Made by a program: the position numbers and the translations under genes. From Eutreptiella sp. 'Long Island Sound 2002' (Eukaryota; Protista; Euglenida), in contig OZ038378.1 in assembly GCA_964036045.1 (NCBI GenBank), positions 34,534,001-34,598,000 on the forward strand: a DNA stretch of 64,000 bases, in the 5' to 3' direction. Position 1 is the first letter of the stretch; each line of letters opens with the position of its first letter. The notes under the pieces were generated by a model that saw only the letters and a program-made list of their open reading frames with translations, was not told where the DNA came from and ran no database searches. Below are positions 49,826 to 63,768 of this stretch, piece after piece.

Positions 49826-50834
49826 GGGGGGGGGGGGGGCGACATGCTAATTCTCAACAGAGGGTATAGTTTGGCCAAACTACCCCGTTTTTTTCGAAGG
49901 GGCTGAAAAATTTGATGAACACCCGTTTCGCACATTTGAGTTTTGTTGATTTCTCCCTACTTGCCACCGGTCCCCGGGTCCCAATCTCTGCACCCCGCAG
50001 CCCCTGCTGTCACACCAGCAATTTTTGTTTTTTAGTTTGATGCTTGCCAGAGGTCCTAGGGCCCCAATTTCCGCACCCCGTACCGGCAACCCGCAGTACC
50101 GCAACCGCAAGCAGCGCACCAGTTGCAAAGCGGAAAACTCGTCGGCACCAAGTGTTGCGGCCAAGCAGCGCAAGACATAAGGCAGTGAAGGCATACAGTC
50201 CCTGCATGTTGAATGTTACATGTGGGGCAAAAGTATCGCCACCGGCGGCCCCCCTAAAAATTTTCGCCGGTGTGCCAGAAATGGTGAGGCCGACCTACCG
50301 CAAAAAAAAATCCGTCCCCGAAGTACTTTGTGGCATGACTCAAGCCCTGTTGCATGGTGGGAACACCCCAGCTCGGGTCACAAGGCGGAGTGGTCCCGGA
50401 ACGTGCCCGGATTTGCCGTGGAGTGACGGCACAAGAGAACTTTGTGAGCAACAGCCACACATCAGACTAAAAACTAAAAATTCCTGGTACGACGGTAGGG
50501 GTTGCAGGGAGCAGAAATTGGGACTCTGAGACCTGTGGTAAGCATCAGACTAAAAATTCAAAATTCGTGGTATGACAGCAGGGGCTGCAGGGTGCAGAAA
50601 TTGTGGCCCTGGGACCTGTGCCAAGCATCAGTCTAAAAATTATAAATTCCAGTGAGGGTCGTGCAGTGCTTTTTTGCCTTGGTTTTTGTTCAAAACAAAA
50701 ACTTTCCCTTTTCCTAGCGGGCAGGTTTGAAATGTGCAAAAACCCCCCAAACTACCCCTTTTTTCGAGGGGGCTGAACACATGGGGGTTAACACCCCCAT
50801 GTGCAAAACTTGCATGTCGCCCCCCCCCCCCCCC
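49826..50834. mobile_element. Non-autonomous MULE-like element: G-run TIRs, long internal inverted repeats, 10-bp TSD
   Basis: gctaaccgac at 49816-49825 and 50836-50845; (G)n-CGACATGC ... GCATGTCG-(C)n termini; ~82-bp unit tandem at 50460-50645 and inverted at ~49965-50090. Confidence 0.85.
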
Positions 50835-53800
50835 TGCTAACCGACCAATGAATGAATGGGCGAGGTCCTCACAGAGAGATATTATATTCATTATCCCTTG
50901 TGTAGCCGGAGTTGCTTCAGGCTTTGGAGAATTCAGCGGATGATGGTACTCAATGGGGCGCTTCTTCCGTTCTTCATGGGCAGCCGCACTTGTCTCAGAC
51001 AATGTTCGTTTTTGTCCAGAGGAGAAAGTGTATTTCAGGGTGCATGCTCTACTACGTTTGGCTTTTGGTGGTATCGCAAATCAAGCAAATGCCATCCAAG
51101 AGCCCGCACATGAGTCCCTCCACTTACTGCCAACAGATGGTGGGCGTCAACAAGTATGTGGTCAATATGTTCACTTGTGGGGCTTGGCATTGCTTTATTG
51201 CATAACAAGTAGTATGGTTTTTGATACACTTCACCAATCCCATAAATGGTGGCTTCAATTTTAGGCTCTGACTGAGCACGGTGATGGGGGATTTGCACAG
51301 CTTGTATGGTCTATTGGTAGCAGCTCAGCAATCGCAGCGTACATTTGCAGCATGTCAGATTTTTGCACCTACCCTTTGCTGCTTTTTGCACACACAAGCC
51401 ATCCGTAGGGTAGTCCATTTCATCAAAAATTGAACTATCCCAAGCATCCCAAGAATCACAGCTCTCTGTGTAATGTGTGTTCATGGGTGCTCAGTGCAGT
51501 CGGTGCAGTTTGTTAAAGGTTCTTCCAGGCACGGTAGTGTAATTACCGATGGAGAGATGTTTTCACAACCCCCCCCCCCCCCGTGTTATGCATTTTTCGC
51601 GGGCCTCACCTACACATCATTTCTTCAAGCCGAGAGCCTCTTTGCCGCAACAAGCTAAACGCTTGGTACAAGTGGCCTTGCAAAAGTTCGAGAAACAGTT
51701 GTTGGCGTCCAACTAGCTACGCATCATAGAAGCCTTGCCGTTGGACCCCTTGGTCCAACAGGCGCCGCAGGGGGGCGGCGCCCGATACTGGCAGAGAGTG
51801 TCCATGGATCTAGTTTGATTGGACCAGCAAGGCAGCTAAGCCCGCCTCCCCCCCTGTGCTGCCACTTCCACTTACGGTGCTGCCCCCCATGGCGTTCGTG
51901 GGAGACATACGCCTCCCCATGTGCGATGTGATTTCGCATGCGCTGATTGAGTCACGGGTTTCGCCACCACCTGCCTCTCCCCCCCCCCTTTCCTATGCAG
52001 CAGGGGAGAAGTGGAAGGCAGGGAGACAGGCGATGCGCAAGGGGGCGCGTCGGTCCCCCTCCCACTTCTACCCCACGCCCTCCTTTGCTTCATCGCGAGG
52101 TCGCGGAGGTGAAGACCGCATGCACCGCTGGCACGGGCGCACCAGCGCCGGCCGGCAACACACCATGGACGCCCATCAGCGATGACCCCCACGCGCCCCG
52201 GCCGCTGGCGGCGTATTGGGTAGGGGCAAGGAGGGTGGGGTAACGGCGCCCGATGGAGTCCCTGTACGATGTGCACACGGCTCCCGCGTGCAAGTCTTGC
52301 ATAGGCGGGTGCGGCATGGCTGCTCTCGGCACCATGACGAGCACCCTTGGCTGGTGTCAGCGGCAGGTGGTGTCCGAGAGCGCACCCTCTTTAGGAAGGC
52401 AGGTGTGCCCCCCCACCCCCATCCCCCCAGTGCGACGATGATGAGGAGGAGGCCTCACAGAGGCCAAGCGCCGCCCCGCCGCCCAGAGGGGGCTCTTGGA
52501 CCCCGAGACGGGGCCATGGGAAGGCAAAGGGGGTGGATGCCTGACCCTGGGGGCTCGGTCCTTCCGTTGCGCCGCGACACCAAGGAAGATCGGGGGGCGG
52601 GGGAGGAGGGGCGGCGCGACCGGTCCTTGACCCATAACCCCCTTGCTTGACCCGCCGCACGGTGTGCCAGACTTTCATCGCCCCACGCCCTCGTTAGTAG
52701 TGCAAGGTTTGCATGGGGCCCAGCGGCCGCTCCCCTCTCTTTCCTCCCTGCTCACGGCACCCCCCTGTGCGGGGAGGAGACCCCCCCCCCCGGCCCCCGC
52801 TTGCCCCCAGGCAAAGGTCGCGTGCATCTCGCACGAAGTGCGGGGTAGGTCCCCACCGGGAACACACCACACATACACACATACAGCCACACACAACATG
52901 TGCAGCGGGGGGCACGGCCCACCGCTAACACACGCCGTGGACACACGAAACGTGCACCACCACCTTCGACACCCGTAGCAGCGTTGGTAAAGTAAGATGC
53001 CACACAGCACGGTTATGCAACGAAACACCATTAAAGGTAAGAGACATGGACACTTTAGTAGTATGCGCCACTGAATGACATCGTCGGGGGTTTGAACCTT
53101 GGTTCCCCCGCCCGTCCAAGGGCCCATTGGTAGCGCCGCAGCTACCGTCCCCTTCAGCATCATGCCCCACCACCATCACTGCCGTTGGATGGGTGGCGTG
53201 TCTCGTCCTCATACTTTTTTTGTTAGCATTAGACTACAATCATTTTACAACAAACAATCTGTGCGTCGCAAAACACCACAACACCCCCACACCCGCAGCA
53301 GCGCGCCCCGCCACCGGCACTGCCGGCCGTCCGGGGGCGCATCCCCTCCTCATACTCCTTCGCGGCTTGCGTGTTTTGAACCGGCGACACCAACGTCGTA
53401 GCTGCTGCGCAGCCACCACACTAGGAGGCCAAAATCCAATTGTAGTGGCAGCTGACGGAGGCGCCACCGCTGCATTGGGGCCACCGGGAAATCTCCCACA
53501 TCGATGTTGTTTGAACCCGTGTCGCCCTCCCCCACCACCACTACACAACACAATTTTGGACGTGTGATCGCGCCAAATTGTCCCTCCTTGCTCGCTGCTG
53601 CTGGGTACATGTTGTGTAGCCACGTGTGTTGTAACCGCCTTCTCACCCTACTAACGGCTGTTTTTACTTCAAGGTATGTCAGTTTTGGTGCATGTATTCT
53701 GCAGGTGACAACCACCGGTTGGTCACACCCGATTCCTTTACCCGATGAACACGTCTTCCATCGCGCCCTGTGTGGAGCGTGAGAGGGCCGCTGCATTCCA

Positions 53801-56800
53801 CAGCTCAATAATGCACCCCATGGCCAAGCCCAACACAGTGGCACCAATCCGTGCGGGTTCTCGTGTGGGTGTTCCATATTCGAGTCCGAGCAGTCACTAC
53901 GTGATGCTGTGTGCTTGTTTTTCTCGCGGATGCGAACAATATCCTCCACACACATCACAACCGTCTCCTCTCTCCTTGGCATGATGTCTGATCTCGAGCC
54001 CGTCATAAGCATACCGCGTGCACTCATGGCTGTCTTAAGGACATTTGCGGAGCGCCGTTTTTCGAGCAATCCTACACGAACTAGTTGCATCTTTATCGCG
54101 TAATGTGATAGAGGAAGGGAAACGCGCCATACCAGTGCTGCATGGGCGGCCTCTGTCGCACGTGTGCGATGCCTAGCACTTTGCGCTCATAGCCGGCACC
54201 GCCTTGACAGTGTGTGATATCCCAGCTCTCGTGGCCCTGCAAGGGGTGTTACTTACTACGACCGTGGACGTCAGCACCGCCATGGGGGTTCAAGTGGTTC
54301 AGCATGTTCCACTTGCTTTGGCACAGGGCATCCCTCCCTTGCAAAACCTACATTATGCCAATTCAACTACGAGGAAGCTGGTGGCTATGTGAATCCCCCT
54401 TTTTCGACCTATGACAACGGCCTTAGTCCAGCAAGGGGTTTCTCGCACTTTGAGGCCCGATCCGGGAGAGCAACCGGGGATGATATCTTTGAAATTCAGC
54501 AAAGAGATTGTGGATGTCATCCGACATCGCCTACCCGACAAGCATACCACCGCTTGGGACCTATGGGTTAAGAAACATCCTGGGGATGTTATTGCGTCAA
54601 TATCGAATTTACTAGAGGCCGTTGTTTGCAACACGGCGGGCATAGGTGCGGATCAAGTGGGGATGTTTCACGCCTACGTGGTGACGTCTCAGCCTGATCA
54701 CCGCCCGGCACCTACACAGTTCAAAGGCATCCTTTTGATCACATTCTAGCCGGCCAATCGTCTGGCACATGCTGTCTGCGCTTCTACTATCATTGTCCAC
54801 ACCAAGTTTGCTTTAGAACGGATCATGGATCTGCAAGTACTACCATGGGTTTTGGCCCGCACCATAGTAGGGTACCCTGTGGATGCTTCAGCTGAGCAGT
54901 GCACCCCTACTTTCTTGATTCGCGGGTCAGACACATAAGCCTCCGGAAGTTGTTGTTGCCTTGCCTAAGCTCGGAGGCATTGACCCGGTCAATGACACTA
55001 TCAGCTTCTTGTCTCAACTGCCACCGTCGAATTCTCCTTGAGCGCCTGCGCCTTCCAACCTCTCTCCACTCTGTGCCCCAGATGTAGTTCGCGGCTTACA
55101 GAATGAAACATTGCCCCGAAGGACCAGCTAAACGCCGCCGAGCGTCCACAAACGGCAGCCGAAACTTCCCTACAGACTGCGCGGCAACAAGCACAAGAAC
55201 ATGCCCTGTGGCACACCTCCGCAGGTAAGCGGTTGCAACAACAACTGTGTGGTGCACGTACTGAGTCTTAGGCTTTGGATCGGGGACTTGTGGTGCAATC
55301 CGAAGTGGACCGCCGCATGCAAACTACTGCTTCGTCCCTTATGAAGCTCTATGTAGTCCTTGGGCAGGCTCAAGGACCCTTATCGGACACATTCTTGAAG
55401 TATTTTGAAAGCTTAGCCCCCCCCAAGTACCAAATCCCACCCCCGACGCATGACCCCTTTCGTCATTGTGTGCCTGTCCTTGCCACTTCCTGCGTCGCTA
55501 GGGGGATGCCGGGCGAGCACGTGCGCAACGTCATAGCAATGGCGGAAACACCAAGCTGCCCGCCGGCCGAGAACACTCGACAGGCTTTAGTTCACATTCT
55601 GGAGTTTGATAGTCTGCAAGCAGTGGCCAAACCTCCAGCGGCGACGGAAAATGCGCCCTCACGCCTGCAAGCCACTGACCCCCCCCCCCCAACCACAATT
55701 CCCCCCCTGCAAAACTCTGTCCCCAATGGTTTCCTTTGCTAGGTCAGTGAACGGACTGATGCCAGGGGACCAATCCACGCGAAGCGGTTCCATCTTGCCA
55801 TGCAGTTGGCAGGGTACCCATTCCCCAATTTCTCTATGACCGACCTACGGGATGAATGGGCCCCTTTAAAGAAGCATGTTTTCCCAAGCAGCGTTTTGGA
55901 CAAGATCTCTAGCTTTGTCAATAAGCAGATCACCCGCCCCCCCTCCCCCACCACCCACTAACGTTGGGCAAGCTGCAGCGCAACCATGCGTAGATAGTGC
56001 CGCACGCTCTCAACAAGGTACTAGTTTTGGAATTTGCAGCGCAGGTTTGTTTATGGCATCAAACTCTAATGATGACCCCCCCCCCCCAAGAAGTCATGAG
56101 AGCTCGGCTGCCGGCCACTGCTTTGCGGACCACTTTCTCCCAGTCCTTGTGTTGCACCAATGATGGCATGCTCTGGCCCGCAATGACCTATGTCATTATG
56201 GGGGTCAACCCAGAGAGCCGCCGTTTGGTAGAAGAAGGGGGGACCACCACGTATCGGGGATTCCGCTTCATTTGGAAAATAGGACAATACCAACCATGAA
56301 ACCCCGCACGCTGCAGGGAGAACCAGTCGGAGTTTCCTCCTTCCTTGACCCATAGAAAGACCTCAGCAGGTTCCGTCGCAACGACCAATTCTATCATTGT
56401 GCCCAACCCCCCTGCAGCTCCCGCTTCAGCAACCCCTACGGCCCCACCTTGCACCTCGCACGTGCACCCCTGCACCTCGCAAACACTCTAGCTCTCGGTC
56501 TAGGTCCCGTAGCCCGCGACGGCACCACAAGTATTATCGCGACCGCTCTCCGAGACGAGAACGATGTTGGCGGTCGTGCCCCCCCCCCCCCCCCGTGGTA
56601 TTCTCGTGGGGGGGGTAGGGCGCCATGGTACGACCGGTTGTATCCGGTCTATAGTATACCTCCTAGTATACCCGTCCCCGCCCGCCACCCACAATCTGCT
56701 GCCCCAGCCCACTGCTCACCCCCTTTATGTGTAGCCCCTACCAGCTCCCTCTCACTGGAAGGGCCCGCCAATTTTCTTTTGTGCTGAAGCCCGGTGGGTG

Positions 56801-57315
56801 GGGTCTAGAAATGGGGTCATCTCCTCGCGGACTAGACAGGTGTTGGGTTCTGCCACCCTCTCATGGAATTGGCAATTCTAGTGCCTATACCCCATCTTCT
56901 CACCAATATCCATTTGGTGCGAGTCAATTACCATTTTACTGTTTTGCATACTCAATGGACCATTTACTGAATCGTCTATCAGTTGCATGGTCTTGGCAGG
57001 CTGGAGGTCATCATTCGCATCATTCAAGACTCTACTAGGGTCCCCCTCGATGTGGGACAATGCGTAGTGTTGGACAAGTCTTTATACAAAAGACCCGCGG
57101 GTCACAGTTTCCCCGGCAGCGGCTGGCGCTGCCAGTGCCATTGTATATGCTTTTAACCCTCGGTTGGTCGTTAGACACCCGCGCTCGTCGCATACATTCA
57201 GCGCGATGCAGAGGCGCACCCTTTTGGCAGCGCAGCGGCTTTGGAGAAGCACCTAACACGACCCGCCGGGCCTCTTGCTGATAGTCAACTGCCAACCAGC
57301 GCGGTACACCCCCTC

Positions 57316-57900
57316 ATGATTAACGCTGTGCACCCCCTCAAGGGCACGGAGCGGCCACTCAGACAATTGCTGCTGAGCCATAAGTATCCATTGCTGGTTT
57401 TCCTCCAATTAACGGGCTGCCTACCCCCCTCTTACTCTTTTGATGGCATATACTCGATAAATTTTTCTATGGAGGTGCAACATTCTTCCATCGGCTCGGC
57501 TTTCATTCTTAGGGAAAATGTTGAGGTTCACATAGAAGACATATTTCGGAATCCACAACACAGGGGATCGGTGGTTGACTTCTCCTTTAATGGCATTCCA
57601 GTACGTGCGGTCACAACGTACTTGCCTGCATGGGGCAAAGTTCAGAATATAGGGATGCCCTGGAGTGGTTCCGCCTATTCTTACTCCTCGATGGGTGCAT
57701 TTTACTCATAGGTGGGGATTTTCGGTGCAACCAGGGATGGACCTGTGCGGTACCTTCTTCGGACCCTGAGAGACTCAAAGTTCTTTTACATTCTTTTATG
57801 ATTTGCGTTGGGTCCGTATACGTGCATCACGCCGAGGCCCTACGTGGGTCAGCCATCAGGGACATGTGCGGGCTGTTGATCATTTGGTCACACACGCTTC
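57316..57900 (+). pseudogene. APE endonuclease remnant
   Basis: MINAVH..LVFLQLT..GSAFIL..VRAVTTYLP, then shifted LLIGGDFRC (GDFN-like). Confidence 0.7.
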
Positions 57901-59013
57901 CCAATCCGCTACGGGCACGCTAAGCCTCTGCACGTAGTCTATCTTTCCGTTTCATCACATCCCGTTGATATTGCGCCTGACATCCATCCGTGCTCTAGCC
58001 ACGCCGGGCAACATGGAACCGCGCGGGCGTTTCTGGGTGGAGGCCACTGCTATAGGCAGTGTGTATGCGCACGTTCTTTACACCTTTCAACACGCGGCGG
58101 AGTGTGTTTTGGGGCCCGCTCGGCCTTCGTATGGTGTGCCAGGGATAGTGCGGGCAGCTCATGCCGAGCACATTGTTCCTACTTCGCCACAAGCAACGGT
58201 TGCCCCGAATGAGTTCACACAGCGGCATTTGTCCCCCATCCTCCAGGTAACCCGCGCAAACCTGCGCAAACTGCTGCCATGGGCCTCTGAACATCCCCCC
58301 CTCCCCAGTCCGTCCTCACGATAGAGTCTGCTCATGCTGTTTTGCGTAACAACCGGAACTCGATTCCTTACAGAGATCTCTTGGATTATCGCCATGGCTT
58401 GTGAAACCTCGGCTTTAGAATTTTTACAATTGGCCATTAAAATTTGTGCCTTGCCACCGGCACAGAGGAAGAAAAGTGTTTCCTGGTCAGCACCGGAAGT
58501 ATCTTGGAAGACAACTTTACTAGCATCCCACAACTGTTGGCCGAAGTCAACCTCTTGAGCAGCCGTGTACAAGGTCGCCCACTCCTCACTACCCCCCAGT
58601 AGCCACCAGATTGCCAGTTGATCGGGGCTACTGGTTCCCCCGAGGGTCGAATGCACGTACGAATCCTCGTGCCGCGACGTGCCGTCCAATGCTAGTGGCA
58701 TCCAATGCAGCCTTGGATTGCCCGGTTGTTCCACGTGGGTAGGTTCAACCGGTGGGCAACGGTACAGGTGTTGCAACCGGGCCGGTAACGGGCAGACAAC
58801 ATATCGTCAGCACATCCCCTCGATGGTGGGAGAACATCACCTCTGCGTGCCAACTGGACGTTCTCCGCACCCGGGTGCGCCGGGTCTAGGACCTTGTGCA
58901 CTTAGCAAGGTCGCTGGACCAAGCCCCCATGGTAGGGGCGCCTTGGGACGGTATCATGCGGGCAAAGCAGAATTACAGAAAATCTTTACGGTGCCCCTTT
59001 TTAGCCAAGTTGC

Positions 59014-59860
59014 CTCCCACCACTGCTAAACATGACCATAGTATGGAAGCTGGTTGCCATGTGCATCACTGACCACTACCTTCTGCTGCTGTGGTCGCGC
59101 CATGTCATCCTTTCTACGCAATTCACGTTGTATAAAGGGTCCTTTGCCGTAGACCTGCTGCGGGTGCTACACGACCACATTCACTACTGTATGTCGACGG
59201 CTTCTCCGGTTGTCATAGTTGTTGACGATATTCATCACGCGTATGGTTCGGTTGTCCATAAGTCTCTGGAAGATATTTTGACGGCAGCAGGTTTCGCGAG
59301 TCCCATGGCCTTTTTGTTGGTCACAACGGCCGTCACAACATACATTCGCATGGCAGGGAGTGAGGGTGTGGCGGAGGCGGTGGCACGCCTCGTAGCCGGC
59401 CCGGCCCACGGCTCCCCCGCCTCCGCCATTTCGTTTTGCGTGGTCAATGAAATCCGAGCGGCCGTGGCCCTGGCCAACTTCAGCCAGCCAAAGAGTCCGG
59501 GAGGCGGCTTAGCCGCCTCGGGAAAATGGATGACACTACTTGGTGTTTGGGGTCTGTGGATGACCTCCCTATTTTCTTATACAATTTGTTCAGAGCTAGT
59601 TCGGTGTCCAACGTTTTCTCCTCTGGTCCCAACCAGCCCGGGGTCGTCGCAACACGCACCCTCCATGATGTGCAGTTGGTCTAACATGTCGCCCTAGTGG
59701 GCAACACCCCTATCAAAATCCACCGCGGGCCAAGGTACGTCCGTGTCGTCGGATGGCATTTGCTGCCGCACCTCGATCACCGCGTTGGCAAGGTTAAGCT
59801 TTTTCTCTGTTCTAGGAAGGCCTCAGCGGTGCTGCGCATGCCGGAGGTGCCGGCGAGTTT
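59014..59860 (+). pseudogene. Non-LTR reverse transcriptase remnant
   Basis: PPLLNMTIVWKLVA, QF..KG, DDIHHAYGSV, GPAHGSPASAISF, MDDTTW (shifted frame, ~59532) and YVRVVGWHL. Confidence 0.85.
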
Positions 59861-61087
59861 CCCTGCACATTTATTCTGGGGCCGTTGGAGGCCAGCACCG
59901 TTGGCAAACTGCCGTACGCCCCCCCACCTTTTTAGCAATGAGAGTCAGCGATCACGCGGCCGCCGCTGCAATCCGCGGAGTCGCGAACTAGGATGACGAG
60001 CCGTTGGCCCTTTTCTTTCAGCCAGTAGAGGCCCGGTGGACGGGCTTGCAACCAGCGACGGTGCCCATCATGAGCACTGTTCTGTTAACATATCTTCGGC
60101 AGCTACACCATGCTAATGAATTAGTTCGTTCCTCCACTCTCCACGGCCTGTTCACTGCGCACTGGAGCATGCACCCCGACATGCCGTGCTACCAGCAGGG
60201 GTTAAAGTTCTATTGCAGGTCCCACAATACAAACCACGGCAGAGCATTTTCTGGGTGTCTCGGTCTACTTATCACATCTAGCCCCTCCCCGGCTGGGTCC
60301 TCACGCTATGGCCTGTGCGCGCCACCCCTAGCAAGCGGCACAGGTCCACGCCTGGTTAGACGAAGGCGACCACACTTTAGACCAAGCACATCATGCAGGG
60401 TGGCCTCTCCACTCCTGGGTATGGAGCACCCCCCGCCTCGCAATCCTTGGCGTGTGGCGGTTGGAGTTCATGCATGTTTCCAACCTTGGACATGATCCCG
60501 AAGACGCCGCCTTTGTAACCGAATGATCATGGTTTCTGGATTGTCGCCGGGGAAGCGGGGGGCTTTGGTAGTCATTTGTCTTGCCATTGGCCTGTTTGCT
60601 CCTAATCACTCGTTTGTAGTGGAGGTGTACACGGCATGGGTAGTGTTAAAAGTATGGTGCCGCATGCGGTACAGGCCGTCAGGTAGAAGGGGTGGTCACG
60701 GTACGGATACTGCCCCCTCTTTTACAGCTTCGAAGTAGTACATTACAACGCTAGTCTCGGATAGTCCTTCTTCCACAAAGGAGGGGCTAGTAGGCGATCT
60801 GCTGCGTGCGTGCCAGGACCTCGTGTCACAATTCCACGACCCCACACACATCTGTTCACACTAGTCCGGCACCTTTCTCGACGATATATTGGATTTTGTA
60901 GACTCGGTGGCTCCCGACACCGCACTTTTGCAGCACACACCTGTACCAGTAGGGTATCTGGTCAATGTACAGAAACCCACGCCTTGCTTCGCAGTGAATG
61001 GGCTGCAACACCATGATGTTTCTACTCACATTGAGTGAGAAACAGCGCAGGTATATTGCCGCACCTTTTCAGTAGAACACTACCCCT

Positions 61088-61804
61088 ATGATCCGACCCT
61101 TCAATGTCTATGCCTCCCTTGTTATGCGGGGTGGGCTAACCTGGCGAGAGCATCTTCGGTGTGTTGCCCTCCGGAATGATGTTTGCCCTTCCACCCCCTC
61201 GCAATGCTTTTTGTGCCACTCCGCGTGGTCTACACACCACGTTCCCCATACGTGCCCTTTCCGCAGCTTCTTTTGGTGCTGTCTTTACACCAGGTTGGCC
61301 GAGGCTATTTCCAAACATGTCTCCCAGTGGGCAGAAGACATGCCCACCATGTGGGGAGTGTTGGTGCGTTGGCGAGGAGTTTGGCTTGGCTTGGCGGTCC
61401 AACGACCGGAAGCATGCCCGGTGCCAGGAGTCCAGTGGTTTCTCCGCACCGCAAACGGCCGTCTTAACCCCCCTTTGTCACATTGGGAACGGCATGGTGT
61501 TCCCCAAGAACGGTTGTTTTCTTCGGTAAGACGGTGTTTGGTGATTGTCCATCGTCTTATGGAGTTGCCTCATGTGCTTGTTTCTCCCCAGCCGCCTCCT
61601 TTCGTGCACCCGGGTCCGAACACTACTCCTTGGAACATGCCGTCATGCACAAGGCCTATACCCTCTCGCCTTAGCAATGGCACTTCCACGCGGTCTCACC
61701 ACCCCAGTGGCCAGCGGATAGTCTACTACGTTACCCGCACGCGAGTGTGCAGCTGCTTGTTTGAAGCGACCACATACGGGTCATATGCGCGGAGCCAACT
61801 GTAG
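61088..61804 (+). pseudogene. LINE ORF2 C-terminus with CCHC knuckle
   Basis: CFLCHSAWSTHHVPHTCPFRSFFW. Confidence 0.75.
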
Positions 61805-62297
61805 TGTACCGGCGTCTAACAAGACACTCGCCAATCCCGGCCACCTACCCCAAGGGGGTGGTCAGGCACCCACAATTGCTCATTATTGATACTACGGTGC
61901 AGTATGAGCGGTCCTGGGTGCCAGGTACCATCTGGTGGGTCATAGGGTATTCAGTGGGTGCCGATCGGTACCTCACCATGGTCTCCTCGTCTTCGTAGCT
62001 CGCTCATGTCTCGGCTGCCAAGCAGTGGCAACCCTGATTTGAACTCTTACTCACTGGCGGGGGGTTTGTCCATTCGAGAATATACTCTGAAGCTCGCGTT
62101 GTTTTAGGCACGAAGAAATGATAGGATCCACGACCATTTGTGCATGTTTCTGCGCGTCGGGAACCTAGTCATCAATAGCGACGTGCGTGCGGCGGGATAA
62201 GAAAAGCAAAAACGCTCTGGTGACGATAAGACACGAAACCATCACGTAGTCGCGTGGCGTCCTGACTCCATGTCTACTAAACGGGTCGGGGATGGTG

Positions 62298-63140
62298 CTA
62301 ACGGCAGGAGGGGGCAGTCGCTGCGACAGTTCTTTCGTAACAGACCAGTGCCTTACAACCCGCTAATGTCGCTACCGACCTTCGGTACAACTCGTCACGG
62401 TGGAGACGAAAGGAGTGGTTAAGAGCCAGACCTCGCATTTGCTTCCTTAGGCCGGTTGGGTGCGAGACCCATGACTCCTCCTCCTCCCTCTCCTCACCCC
62501 CGTGCTTGCTGCACCCCCTTGGGGGAGGATCTAGGTCCACCTGTGTTGGTTGGGCTGCAGCCCTTGCCCCTGCCTCGATGTCCCTCAAGGGGCCCGAGGG
62601 GCACCAACAAGGGGTGCACCCCTCCCCCCTAGGGGGGGATTTGTATCCTGTTGCACAGCGAAAGCCGCTGCTACTGCCCCCCCCCCCCCATCGCCTTTCC
62701 CCGGGGACCCGGGGGCCACGGGGCCGGCGGCGGCTCGTGTGGAGCCCCCCCCACCCCCCTGGTGCTGCCCTGTCCTCCATCAGCCAGAGGGAGATTTTTC
62801 TAAGAAAACATCTAGCAGCCCTAGGGAGGGCGGGGGGCGGGACCCCACCCCCCCCTGCCCCCTATGCCCCCCGCCCGCTCGCCGGTCGCTGGCCCGCGCC
62901 CTGCCACGGCTCCCCCCACCCCCAGGGATCCCTCTAGGGGAAAAGAGGAAGGCAGATCGGGGCTCCTCAGCCGGCCCCTATGATCTAGCATACCTGAGCC
63001 GCTTAGGTTCTGGCCCCCGCCCTATGGAGTTGCGGAGGGGGGGGGGGGGGGGGGCTGTCGGTCCGCACGGAAAGCGCGCGCACTTGCACTCTGCCGGCCG
63101 CCCTTGTTGCGACGAGGACTGGGAACGCGATCGCCCGCGC
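62298..63140 (-). mobile_element. GC-rich gag/ORF1-like remnant of another element
   Basis: Low-complexity ORF with DLDPPPRG..EEEESWVSHPTGLRKQMRGLAL; no diagnostic enzyme motif. Confidence 0.25.
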
Positions 63141-63156
63141 GCTCGTTAATAGTACA

Positions 63157-63610
63157 CCGGGCCCCAGCATGCAAGTCATGAAAGAGGCACAGGGGGTTGC
63201 GGCACTGCTATAGCCGCCATCACGAGGAGCATCGCAAGATGATGGGGGGGGGGGGGGGGGCAACGGTGTCTGCCGGTTCAGGGGGCGGGGGGGGGGGGTG
63301 CAGCAGCAACTGGGCGCTATTGCCCTTCGGAGGGTTGGTGCGCACGCCGTCTCCCTCGTCCGGGGGAGGAGGCGGGGGTCCAGCACGGCCGGGAGCAGCG
63401 GTGTTGCCACGCGGGGGCACGCAGGAGCCGCTGCGCGGCCACGGGAGGGCCTCGGAGGAGGGCACATGACACGAGTCGGACGTCCTTCCGCCGCGCCGCG
63501 ACACACTGGGGGGCCAAGGGTGGGATAGGGCAGGCCACAGGCAGGCTCTGACCCACTAACCCCTAACCCTCCCGTCGCAAGAGCGACTAGGACATTAAAA
63601 GCCTTCAACA
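63157..63610. mobile_element. 454-bp segment flanked by a perfect 15-bp direct repeat
   Basis: ctcgttaatagtaca at 63142-63156 and 63611-63625. Confidence 0.6.
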
Positions 63611-63639
63611 CTCGTTAATAGTACAGAATGCGCGTGCGC

Positions 63640-63768
63640 ACGCACACACACACACACACATGGTTTCGCTGATGAATGACCGTAGGACGTAGGATTGTTG
63701 AACCTCGCAGTTTGAGCATGATTTAAATTGTCTTGGGCCTCACACACACACACACACACACACACATA
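63640..63768 (+). repeat. (CA)n - 90-bp unit - (CA)n, same family as 22491-23060
   Basis: catggtttcgctgatgaatgaccgtaggacgtaggattgttgaacctcgcagtttgagcatgattt between CA runs. Confidence 0.85.

Larger units (their letters stand above)
53950..62000 (+). mobile_element. Decayed APE-type non-LTR retrotransposon (long ORF1, APE, RT, CCHC)
   Basis: ORF1 fragments (54411-54749, 55275-55742, RS-rich SRSRSRSPRR at ~56490) followed by the domains listed separately. Boundaries approximate. Confidence 0.75.

Noticed and set aside
61804-61998. Restriction-like endonuclease after CCHC (Dualen-type dual-endonuclease LINE)
   Set aside because: HPQLLIIDTT lacks the PD aspartate and the usual spacing, no downstream E-x-K is seen, and the other LINE shows no equivalent.
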